Positions 50,106-60,403 of a DNA stretch of 64,000 bases are shown here, piece after piece. Made by a program: the position numbers and the translations under genes. The first letter of the stretch is position 1; every line of letters starts with the position of its first letter. The notes beneath the pieces were generated by a model. It did no database searches and had not been told where the DNA came from. It worked only from the letters and a program-made list of their open reading frames with translations. Location: assembly GCA_044223005.1 (NCBI GenBank), contig JBGAML010000001.1:1-64000 (forward strand). The letters are read 5' to 3'. Origin of the DNA: Candidatus Eiseniibacteriota bacterium. GTDB lineage: Bacteria; Eisenbacteria; RBG-16-71-46.

Positions 50106-52394
50106 TCAACCGCGCCGCTTGCCCCCGAGCAGCATCTCGCGCCCGACCAGCAGCAGCAGGAGCGTGAGGATCACGAACGGGATCACCGAGAGCGCATCGG
50201 CATGCGGACCGCCGTAGAACGGGTTGGCCGTTTCCGCCCAGTGCTGGAGCGCCGCGTCGAGCTTCTCGCGCGTGCCGGCGATGAACGCGATCACGATGCC
50301 GGCGATCGCGCCGCCCGCGATGTAGCCGCTCGCCATGAGCACGCCGGGACTCTTGTCGCCCTCGGCCCCGAGCTGCTCCTCGGTGAGGTTCCGGTGCGCG
50401 AGCTCCTTGCGGCGCGCACGGTCCACGAGCCAGCGCACGGCACCGCCCACGAGGATCGGCGTGCTGGACGAAAGCGGCAGGTAGACGCCGACCGCGAACG
50501 CCAGCGACGGGATGCCGGAGAGCTCGAGCACCACCGCGATCATGACGCCGAACAGCACCAGCCCCCACGGCAGGTGCCGGTCGAGGATGCCCTTGATGAT
50601 GTAGCTCATGAGCGTCGCCTTGGGCGCGTCGAACTTGTGCACGAGCGTGCCGTCGGGACGCTTGTTGTAGGCGCCATTGATGCCCGGGTCCACGAGCCAC
50701 ACCGGACGGCCGGAGTCGTCGACGAGGTAGCGGCCCGCGGGCGCGCCGGCGTCGTCACGCTTCTGCCAGACGTGGTAGGTGCGCGTGTCGCTCGCGGCTT
50801 GCGCGCCGCGGACGTGGTCGGTGTGCGCGGGGATCGTCGCCAGGTCCACCGAGGGCGGCGTCGAGGTGACCTGCGCGATCGGCACGTACACGGTGGCCGC
50901 CTCGTTCAGCTTGAGCAGGATCGGGCCCAGCACGAGCGCCGACAGCAGCGCGCCGATCAGGATCGCGATCTGCTGGTAGCGCGGCGTGGCGCCGACGAGA
51001 TAGCCGGTCTTCAGGTCCTGCGAGGTCGAACCGCCGTTGGAGGCGGCGATACAGACGATGCCGCCGACCGAGAGGGCCGTGACGTACCACGTCGCGCCGG
51101 TCCAGCCGAGCAGCAGGAAGATCAGGCACGTGAGCAGCAGCGTGGCGACGGTCATGCCGGAGATCGGATTGCTCGACGAGCCGATCTCCCCGGTCAGCCG
51201 GCTCGAGACGGTGACGAACAGGAACCCGAAGATCACGATCAGGATCGCGCCCAGCGCGTTCATGTGCAGTGACGGCGACAGCACGATCGCCAGCACCAGC
51301 AGCGCGATCCCGCCGAACACGAACTTGCTGCCGAGATCGCTGTCGATGCGCTGCGCGGGCCCGGAGGCCTTGGAGCCGCCGACATCGCGCAGGCCCTCGC
51401 GCAGGCCGTGCCAGATGATCGGCAGCGAGCGCACGAGGCTGATGATGCCGCCCGCGGCCACGGCGCCGGCGCCGATGTAGAGCACGTACGCGCCGCGAAT
51501 CTGGTTGGGGCTCATCTCGGAGATCGGGATCGTCCCGGGCGCCAGCGGGCCGGCGATGGCGCTGCCGAAGAACTTGATCATGGGGATCAGCACGAGGTAT
51601 GCGAGCACGCCGCCGGCGCACATCACGGCCGCGATCTGCGGACCGATGATGTAGCCCACGCCCAGCAGCTCGGGCGAGATCTCGGCCGAGATCGAACCGG
51701 CCTCGAACGGCTTGGAGAAGATCTTCTCGGGCGTGTCCTTCCACGCCCGGAACGCCGACATGGCGGTCTTGTACACGAGCCCGATCCCGAACCCGGCGAA
51801 GATCGTGCGCGCGCTGATGCCCTCGCCGCCCGACGCGGCGGCCTCGGCGCGCGCCGCCTCCGACGCGACCGCGCGCGATTCCTCGGAGGCGCCGGCCTTG
51901 AGCACCTCGGCGCAGGCGGTGCCCTCGGGGTACTTGAGCTTGCCGTGCTGGGCCACGATCAGCGCGCGGCGCAGCGGGATCATCATGAGGATCCCGAGCA
52001 GGCCGCCCAGCGTGGCGACGAGCGCGACACGCGTGAGCTCGAGATCGAAGCCGAGAATCATGATCGCGGGCATGGTGACGCCGACGCCGAACGCGATCGA
52101 CTCGCCGGCGGACCCTGCGGTCTGCGCGATGTTGTTCTCGAGGATCGTCGCGTCCTTCACACCGGCGAGCGAGAGCAGCTTGAAGAGCGTGATCGAGATG
52201 ACCGCCACCGGGATCGAGGCGCTCACGGTGAGCCCGACCTTGAGCACCAGGTAGAGCGACGAGGCACCGAACACCATGCCGAGCAGGGCGCCGACGAGCA
52301 CGCCGCGCCAGGTGAACTCGCGCAGGTGCGTTTCGGACGCGATGTACGGAACGAAGCGGGCGGGCGGTGCGGACGAGGGCGACGAGCTGCTCAT
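50106..52394 (-). CDS. OPT-family oligopeptide transporter
   Basis: LKVGLTVSASIP, ENNIAQT.GSAGES, YPEGTACA, SSNPISGM, QDLKTG, APKATLM, AFAVGVYLP; GGAGG RBS. Confidence 0.95.
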   Translation of the reverse strand: MSSSSPSSAPPARFVPYIASETHLREFTWRGVLVGALLGMVFGASSLYLVLKVGLTVSASIPVAVISITLFKLLSLAGVKDATILENNIAQTAGSAGESIAFGVGVTMPAIMILGFDLELTRVALVATLGGLLGILMMIPLRRALIVAQHGKLKYPEGTACAEVLKAGASEESRAVASEAARAEAAASGGEGISARTIFAGFGIGLVYKTAMSAFRAWKDTPEKIFSKPFEAGSISAEISPELLGVGYIIGPQIAAVMCAGGVLAYLVLIPMIKFFGSAIAGPLAPGTIPISEMSPNQIRGAYVLYIGAGAVAAGGIISLVRSLPIIWHGLREGLRDVGGSKASGPAQRIDSDLGSKFVFGGIALLVLAIVLSPSLHMNALGAILIVIFGFLFVTVSSRLTGEIGSSSNPISGMTVATLLLTCLIFLLLGWTGATWYVTALSVGGIVCIAASNGGSTSQDLKTGYLVGATPRYQQIAILIGALLSALVLGPILLKLNEAATVYVPIAQVTSTPPSVDLATIPAHTDHVRGAQAASDTRTYHVWQKRDDAGAPAGRYLVDDSGRPVWLVDPGINGAYNKRPDGTLVHKFDAPKATLMSYIIKGILDRHLPWGLVLFGVMIAVVLELSGIPSLAFAVGVYLPLSSSTPILVGGAVRWLVDRARRKELAHRNLTEEQLGAEGDKSPGVLMASGYIAGGAIAGIVIAFIAGTREKLDAALQHWAETANPFYGGPHADALSVIPFVILTLLLLLVGREMLLGGKRRG

Positions 52395-52513
52395 GGGCAG
52401 GCCTCCGGGACCGGAAAAGCGGACGCGCCACTCTAATGGAGATTCCGGGGCCAGGCACCCGGACCCGGCAAGCGCCCGGGATCGGGCCACGGACGCTGGC
52501 GCCGGCCCGCCCC

Positions 52514-52980
52514 ACTGCCAACCTCGGCCCGCCCCACCGCGGGTGAGACCGGGGAGCGGGCACCCGCGCGACCCGTCGCGAACGTCGGCCCGCCCCACCG
52601 CGCCGGCGACGGGGACACGTGAGGACGGCCCGCTCGGCTCGACTTCGTGTCTCGCCTCACTGCCTCCAGACGCGACTCTCGCCATCCATGGCTACGTCGC
52701 GTCTCGGACGCACCGCCCTCACGTGTCCCCGTCGCCGGCGCTGTCCCGCCCCCGATCCGCGCGAACATCGGGCGGCGCCTCTCCCTGCCTTGCGCATGAG
52801 GGCGGGGCGGCAGCGGGTGAGACCGAGGGGCGCGAAGACGGTGCGCCCGAGGCGCGAGCGAAGCCAGGGATGGCGGGAGCCGCGCCTGGATGCAGTGAGG
52901 TGAGGCAGGATGCCGAACCGAACGGGCCGTCTTCGCGCCCCCCGGTCTCACCCGCGGTGGGGCGGGCCGACGTGGGCAGT
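52514..52980. repeat. nested inverted-repeat element (MITE/REP-like or structured RNA)
   Basis: 41-bp outer IR (52514-52554 / 52940-52980, 2 mismatches). It encloses two ~140-nt stem-loop units (52601-52740, 52813-52955) whose ~90-nt cores are reverse-complement homologues. Confidence 0.85.
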
Positions 52981-53051
52981 CGCGCGAGCCGAGGTAGGCG
53001 GTCGCGCGGGCCGACGTCGGCAGTTGCGTGGGCCAACATTGGCAGTCGTGC
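52964..53051 (+). repeat. four degenerate tandem 22-bp repeats
   Basis: gggccgacgtgggcagtcgcgc / gagccgaggtaggcggtcgcgc / gggccgacgtcggcagttgcgt / gggccaacattggcagtcgtgc. Confidence 0.8.
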
Positions 53052-53265
53052 GGCCCAACAGGCATGTTGAGACACGTTTCCGGGCGTATCGAACCGGGGG
53101 CGCCTCGTTGTATGCTTCCCTGGCTGTTCTCGGCGATGCATGTCCATCCCGAGCCATCCGCGGCCCGCAGGTCGCGCACGGCGCTCGCCACGAGACGCCG
53201 GGAGACACGGTGCCCGAGAGCCCCGACTTCGCCGGCAGGTCCCAACCGCCAAAGGGGTTCCATCG

Positions 53266-54816
<1,551 letters not shown>

Positions 54817-54903
54817 CGTCCCCCGGCATTCGAGCGTTCGTTGGGACCGCTCACGGGCTTCCGGTATCCACGCGTCCGTGCCACACACCATCGAGGAGGG
54901 GTG

Positions 54904-55377
54904 ATGGCGGATCTCGAATCTGGTCCCGACCGGCCGGCGGAAGCGCCAGCATCGCGCCGGCAGTTCCTCACCGCGCTCTCGCGCACGCTGCTGGGCCTGT
55001 GGGCCCTCGGCGGCGCGGGCGTCGTCGCCGCCTACATGCGGGCGCCCGAGCGCGGTGAAGGCACGGAGCAGGGCGGCCGGCTCGTCCGGATCGGCCCGCT
55101 CACCGATCTGCGGATCGGCGAGGCCCGGCTCGTGCGCCACGGCGTGCAGCCCTTCTTCGTGATCCGCACCAGCGAAACGAGCGTCACCGCCCTCTCGGCC
55201 GTGTGCACGCACGTGCGCTGCATCCTCAACTACGACCGCGATCGCCGCGCCATCGTGTGCCCCTGCCACGACGGGCGTTTCGACCTGAACGGCAACGTCC
55301 TCTCGGGCCCGCCGCCGCGCGCGCTGCCCACGTACGAGGTGAGCCAGCGCGCGGGCGAGGTCTTCGTCCGGGTATGA
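54904..55377 (+). CDS. Rieske 2Fe-2S protein, Tat-exported
   Basis: SRRQFL twin-arginine motif; CTHVRC and CPCHDGRF; GPPPRAL. Confidence 0.95.
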   Translation: MADLESGPDRPAEAPASRRQFLTALSRTLLGLWALGGAGVVAAYMRAPERGEGTEQGGRLVRIGPLTDLRIGEARLVRHGVQPFFVIRTSETSVTALSAVCTHVRCILNYDRDRRAIVCPCHDGRFDLNGNVLSGPPPRALPTYEVSQRAGEVFVRV

Positions 55378-56531
55378 GCGCGACGCCGCAGGTCCCGCCA
55401 CGCGGGCCGCATGCTCCGACTTCGACGCGCTGGGCCATCCTCGAATGGTTCGAGCAGCGCCTGAACGTCGCCGAGCTCTTCTCGTTCCTCACGCACTTCG
55501 GCATCGTCTACACGCCCGTCGACACGCGGAAGCCCCTGCGCCAGACGCTGCGCGAGATCGCCGAGACCCCGCTCGTCTCCTACGCCCGCTGGCCGTACGT
55601 GCTCGGCCTGCTGACCGCGCTGCTGTTCGGGCTCGAAGCGGTGACGGGCATGCTGCTGGCGTTCTACTACCACCCCACCGCCGAGGGCGCGTACGACAGC
55701 ACCGCCGGTATCCTGCGCGACGTCCCGCTGGGCGCGTTCGTGCACGAGATGCACTTGTGGGGCGCCTACCTGCTCGTGGCCGTCGTGCTCGTGCGCATGG
55801 TGCGGCTCTTCTGGGAGCGGCTCTACGGTGCGCCGCGCGAGGTGCTCTGGCTCTCGTCCGTGCTGCTGGCGTGGCTCGTGATCCAACTCGACTTCACCGG
55901 CCGGCTGCTGCCCTGGGACGTGAAGTCCTACTGGGCGGCCGTGCGCGGGCTCGAGGTCGTCTGGGCACTGCCGGTGGTCGGGCCGTTCCTGTCGTTTCTC
56001 GTCGGGGGCCGCGTGATCAACGAGGACGTGCTGCTGCGCTTCTACGTCCTTCACATCATCGCGCTGCCGATCCTCTACCTGGGCGGCGTCTGGCTCACGT
56101 TCGCGACCATGCGCAAGATCGGGCTCAGCCAGCCGGCCGAGTCGCTCGCGCCGCAGCCGACCACGACGTTCCGGCGGCACGCGTACGACCTCGTGATCCT
56201 CAAGCTCCTGCTGTTCGCGGGCCTCGTCACGCTCGCGACGCTCGTGCCCTTCCACTTCCATGGACCGGCCGATCCCTACTCGACGCCGGCGGGCACCAAG
56301 CCGCCGTGGTACATGCTCGCGGCGTACGCGATGCTGCAGTGGATCCCCGGGCCACCGTGGATCGTGGGCACGCTCCTGCTCGTCGCGGCCTTCGCGGTGC
56401 CGTTCCTGCCGCTCTGGTCCGCGCGCAATCCCGGCAAGCTCGACGACGCCCGGCTCCGCCAGGTCGCGATCGCCTTCTTCGGCGTCTGGCTCGCGCTCAC
56501 GCTGGTGGGCGTGTTCGTGGGGCACAAGTGA
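55374..56531 (+). CDS. cytochrome b of a Rieske/cyt b complex; heme bH His ligands absent
   Basis: TGMLLAFYY.P, AYDS, MH.WGA, FTG.LLPWD..SYWA, RFYVLH, KPPWY; ATGA overlap with the Rieske gene. Confidence 0.92.
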   Translation: MSATPQVPPRGPHAPTSTRWAILEWFEQRLNVAELFSFLTHFGIVYTPVDTRKPLRQTLREIAETPLVSYARWPYVLGLLTALLFGLEAVTGMLLAFYYHPTAEGAYDSTAGILRDVPLGAFVHEMHLWGAYLLVAVVLVRMVRLFWERLYGAPREVLWLSSVLLAWLVIQLDFTGRLLPWDVKSYWAAVRGLEVVWALPVVGPFLSFLVGGRVINEDVLLRFYVLHIIALPILYLGGVWLTFATMRKIGLSQPAESLAPQPTTTFRRHAYDLVILKLLLFAGLVTLATLVPFHFHGPADPYSTPAGTKPPWYMLAAYAMLQWIPGPPWIVGTLLLVAAFAVPFLPLWSARNPGKLDDARLRQVAIAFFGVWLALTLVGVFVGHK

Positions 56532-57784
56532 GCGCGCGCGCGGGTCGCACCCGCCTCGCGCTCGTCGCGGCCGGCCTCGCCGCGCTGCTCGCGGTCCCGG
56601 CACTCGCCCAGCGGCAGATGATCGTGCCGCAGGCCCCCGCCCGCATCGTCACGCCCCAGTCCGGCAAGTGCGGCATGTGCCATCCGGCCGACCGCGTCGC
56701 GTTCGAGAAGAGCCCGCACGCACGCGAGGAACTGCACTGCACGACCTGCCATGGCGGCGACGACACCACCATGGACAAGGCCGCCGCGCACGGGAAGGGC
56801 TTCACGGGTCACGTCACCAAGGCGGCCGTCCCACAGATGTGCGGCGGCTGCCACTCGGACGAGAAGGCCATGCGGCCGTACGACCTGCCCGTGGACCAGC
56901 TCGAGCTCTACCGCACGTCGAAGCACGGCATCCTGCTCGCCCAGGGCGACACGCAGGTGGCGGTCTGCTCCGACTGCCACGGCGGCCACGACATCCTGCC
57001 CGCCAGCGACCCGGCGAGCCGCGTCTTCCCGACCAACATCCCGAAGACCTGCGGCGGCTGCCACGGCGACACGACGCTGGTCCGCCAGCGCAAGATCCAC
57101 AACGCGTACGCGGACTACCTGACCAGCGTGCACGCGCACCAGCTGTACGACCTCGGCAACCTGCGCGCACCCACGTGCGTCGGCTGTCACGGCGTGCACG
57201 GTGCGGCGCCGCCCGAGGTGGGCGACGTCACCAAGGTCTGCGGCCGCTGCCACACCGCCGAACGCCGCGCCTTCATCGCCGGCCCGCACGCCGCGGGCAT
57301 GGCGAAGAAGGACGTGCCCGAGTGCATCGCCTGCCACGGCGATCACGCGATCCAGCCGAGCGTGACCGAGCGGCTGGGGACGAGCTGCGTGAAGTGCCAC
57401 GAGAAGGGCAGCAAGCTCGAGCGGATGGGTCCGATGATGCTCGCGGACTACCAGTCCGCGGTGGCCGAGATCGGCAAGGCCGAGAAACTGATCGCGAAGG
57501 CCGACGCCGTTCCGCTCGCGACCGAGGACTACCACGCCCGCGTCGAGGAGGCCCGCACGTACCTGCGCGAGGCCATGACCGCGGCGCACGCAGTCGAGCC
57601 CGAACAGATGGCCGGGTTCGTCATGCGGGCGCGTTCGGTCGGCACCGAGATCCAGGGCGAGCTGAAGCGCAAGTTCGCGGACCGGTTCACGGCCCAGCTC
57701 ATGATCATCGTGTTCTGGTTCTACGTGATCCTGACCGTGAGCATTCTCCGCCGCGTGCGGGATCGACAGGACCGGAGCGCCTAG
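56528..57784 (+). CDS. nonaheme c-type cytochrome with C-terminal membrane anchor
   Basis: Signal peptide; 9 CxxCH counted; helical region then a TM segment; GTGA overlap with cyt b. Confidence 0.9.
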   Translation: MSARAGRTRLALVAAGLAALLAVPALAQRQMIVPQAPARIVTPQSGKCGMCHPADRVAFEKSPHAREELHCTTCHGGDDTTMDKAAAHGKGFTGHVTKAAVPQMCGGCHSDEKAMRPYDLPVDQLELYRTSKHGILLAQGDTQVAVCSDCHGGHDILPASDPASRVFPTNIPKTCGGCHGDTTLVRQRKIHNAYADYLTSVHAHQLYDLGNLRAPTCVGCHGVHGAAPPEVGDVTKVCGRCHTAERRAFIAGPHAAGMAKKDVPECIACHGDHAIQPSVTERLGTSCVKCHEKGSKLERMGPMMLADYQSAVAEIGKAEKLIAKADAVPLATEDYHARVEEARTYLREAMTAAHAVEPEQMAGFVMRARSVGTEIQGELKRKFADRFTAQLMIIVFWFYVILTVSILRRVRDRQDRSA

Positions 57785-59614
57785 ATGCCTCGAATCCCGG
57801 GATTCGGGCCGGGTTCGCCGCTGGCGGCCTGGGGCGAGAAGCTCCGGGCGCGCCTGCCGGCGCCGCTCGCGCGCGCCGTGCTGCCGGGCGCGACGCTGTT
57901 CATCGCGTTCGGGATCCTGGCGATGCTCGCGTTCATCCAGGTGTCTTCGACGCCCACGTTCTGCGGCAGTATCTGCCACATCATGAAGCCGTACTACCAG
58001 TCGTGGGCGCGCTCGAAGCACAACAAGATCGCCTGCGTCGAGTGCCACATCTCGCCCGGCATCACGGCCGAGGTCCGCAAGAAGATCGAGGCGGCCAACA
58101 TGGTCGTGAAGTACGTCACCGCAACCTACGGAACCAAGCCGTGGGCCGAGGTCGACGATGCGGCGTGCCTGCGCTGCCACCAGCGCCGGCTGCTCGAAGG
58201 ACGCGTCACGTTCCACGGCGTGCAGTTCGACCATCGCCCGCACCTGACCGAGGTCCGCCGTGGACTGCGACTGCGGTGCACGTCGTGTCACTCGCAGATC
58301 GTGCAGGGCATGCATCTCACGGTGACCACGTCGACGTGCGCGCTGTGCCACTTCAAGGACCAGAAGCTCAACTCGGGTCTGGGCGCCTGCCAGCGTTGTC
58401 ACGCGGTGCCGCAGAACGTGACGACGCCCGCCGGCACGGCGTTCGACCACTCCGAGGTGAGCGCGATGTCGATGCCCTGCCAGTCGTGCCACGCCGGCAT
58501 CGTGCGCGGCGACGGCTTCGTGCCGCGCGAGCGCTGCCTCACGTGCCACAACCAGCCGGACCGCCTCGCCAAGTACGATGACAAGGAATACCTGCACGAG
58601 TGGCACGTCACGAAGCACAAGGTCGACTGCCAGACCTGCCACGCGCCGATCGAGCACGGCCCCTCGCCGTTCAGCCCGCACCAGGTGATCCAGGCGTCGG
58701 AGACTGCGAGCTCGTGCAGCTCGTGCCACGGCGACGGCCACTCGCCGCAGCAGGATCTCTACGCGGGCGTCGGCGGACGCGGCGTCCCGGCGATGCCGAG
58801 CCCGATGTACATCACCGGCGTCACCTGCCAGGGCTGCCACAACCCGGCGTTCGGCACCCGCGTCGCGTCGTTCGAGTCGGCGCCCCTGCCCGCGGCGCCG
58901 TCGGGCGCCGTGGCGTGCATGTCCTGCCACGGACCGAAGTACGACGAGATCTACCGCTCGTGGAAGCAGGCGGTCGACGAACGCACGGCGGCGATCCGCG
59001 CGCAGATGCAGGCGACGGCCGGCGCGATGGGTGGCGACGCCCCGCAGGCGTGGGACGACGCGAAGCACAACTTCGCGCTGGTCTCCGACGGGCACGGCAT
59101 CCACAACATCAACTTCTCGTACGCGCTGCTCGAGAAGGCGCACGACCAGCTCAACGCGGCCCGCGCCGCGCGCGGCATGGGCGCCCTGCCGCTGCCGTGG
59201 AAGACGATCGGCAAGGATCCCGATCGCTGCCTGAGCTGTCACCAGGGCATCGAGAAGAAGACGGGCGCGTACGGCGGGCTCGCGTTCGCGCACGGGCCGC
59301 ACCTGCTCGACGCCAAGATGGAGTGTGCCGAGTGTCACCGCACGCACGCCGAGCGCGCGCCCGGCGAGATCGTGCGCTACACGCCGGAGCAGTGCTCGTC
59401 GTGCCACCACAAGAAGCTCACGACGGCGAGCAAGCAGGTGTGCGGCAATTGCCACGGCGACATGCTCAAGAAGTCGTTCACGACCTTCCGCGGCCAGTTC
59501 CAGCACCAGCCGCACCTCGACGCCGGCGAAACGTGCGCCGGCTGCCACCTGATGCGCGCGGGCGACGTCCACCCGCCGCGCAGCAAGTGCGTGGAGTGTC
59601 ACGAGGGCTCGTGA
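57785..59614 (+). CDS. NapC/NirT-like N-terminus multiheme cytochrome c (17 CxxCH + 1 CxxxCH)
   Basis: TM followed by SSTPTFCGSICHIMKPYYQSW..SKH..IACVECH (NapC/NrfH-like); starts immediately after the previous stop. Confidence 0.92.
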   Translation: MPRIPGFGPGSPLAAWGEKLRARLPAPLARAVLPGATLFIAFGILAMLAFIQVSSTPTFCGSICHIMKPYYQSWARSKHNKIACVECHISPGITAEVRKKIEAANMVVKYVTATYGTKPWAEVDDAACLRCHQRRLLEGRVTFHGVQFDHRPHLTEVRRGLRLRCTSCHSQIVQGMHLTVTTSTCALCHFKDQKLNSGLGACQRCHAVPQNVTTPAGTAFDHSEVSAMSMPCQSCHAGIVRGDGFVPRERCLTCHNQPDRLAKYDDKEYLHEWHVTKHKVDCQTCHAPIEHGPSPFSPHQVIQASETASSCSSCHGDGHSPQQDLYAGVGGRGVPAMPSPMYITGVTCQGCHNPAFGTRVASFESAPLPAAPSGAVACMSCHGPKYDEIYRSWKQAVDERTAAIRAQMQATAGAMGGDAPQAWDDAKHNFALVSDGHGIHNINFSYALLEKAHDQLNAARAARGMGALPLPWKTIGKDPDRCLSCHQGIEKKTGAYGGLAFAHGPHLLDAKMECAECHRTHAERAPGEIVRYTPEQCSSCHHKKLTTASKQVCGNCHGDMLKKSFTTFRGQFQHQPHLDAGETCAGCHLMRAGDVHPPRSKCVECHEGS

Positions 59615-59727
59615 GGTTTCCGGGAGCCGCGCGACGCGAACGTCGCGCGGCTCCCTCGTTTCGCCACCCCGGTCGCCCCCGGCCCGCGAATCCCGCCGCG
59701 GCCGCGAGCGGCCCCACCGGAGGCACC

Positions 59728-60318
59728 ATGCGACGCATCGCCCCGCTGCTCACGCTCCTCGCTCTCGTGGCCGGCGGGCACGCCGCGTACGCCAGCGCGG
59801 CCGCCGACACCTCGGCACTGGCCGCGGCGCGCACACTGGTCCGGTACACGATCGGCGAACGCATGATGGAGCCGATCTACCAGTTCAGCACGCAGCAGGC
59901 CTCGACCCAGTTCGAGGCGGCGATCCAGCCGACACTCGGCCGGGCGCTGACGGCGGAGGAGAAGCAGGATCTCGCGTCGTTCTGGTACGTGCAGATCAAG
60001 GAACTGCTCCCCTACTCGCAGATGGAAACCATGATCGTGCCGGTCGTGCTCGAGAACCTCTCGGCCGCCGACATCCGCGCCGCGAACGCCTTCTACGGCT
60101 CGCCCGCCGGCCAGCGCTTCCTGGCCGCGCAGCCCGCGGTGATCCAGGGTGCGCAGGCCGCCGGGCAGCGCATGGGCACCCAGCTGGTGACGCCCGAATG
60201 GACCGAACGGGTCATGCGCGACCTGCGCAAGCGCTTCCCGGCGTGGTTCGAGAACGAACGGGGTGCCGAGGGCGAAGACGGCGCGAAGAGCACCGATCCG
60301 AACACGCCGAGGAAGTGA
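59728..60318 (+). CDS. exported DUF2059-like protein
   Basis: GGAGG RBS; signal peptide; LSAADIRAANAFYGSPAGQRF motif. Confidence 0.75.
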   Translation: MRRIAPLLTLLALVAGGHAAYASAAADTSALAAARTLVRYTIGERMMEPIYQFSTQQASTQFEAAIQPTLGRALTAEEKQDLASFWYVQIKELLPYSQMETMIVPVVLENLSAADIRAANAFYGSPAGQRFLAAQPAVIQGAQAAGQRMGTQLVTPEWTERVMRDLRKRFPAWFENERGAEGEDGAKSTDPNTPRK

Positions 60319-60335
60319 CCGGGTCCCGCGCACGA

Positions 60336-60363
60336 AGCCCCGGCACCTCGCGGTGCCGGGGCT
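60336..60363. terminator. hairpin between convergent genes
   Basis: agccccggcacc-tcgc-ggtgccggggct. Confidence 0.7.
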
Positions 60364-60403
60364 CGTTCGTGCGGCCCTTCGTCCAGCGTTCGGGTGCGCC
60401 GGA

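Noticed and set aside
52964..53051. possible CRISPR array
   Set aside because: Repeats are directly adjacent with no unique spacers, are degenerate, and no cas genes are nearby.
52395..53265. ORFs across the OPT-mmsA intergenic region, and N-terminal extensions of both genes
   Set aside because: Translations are low-complexity products of the inverted repeats; homology begins at 52394 (OPT, with RBS) and 53266 (mmsA).
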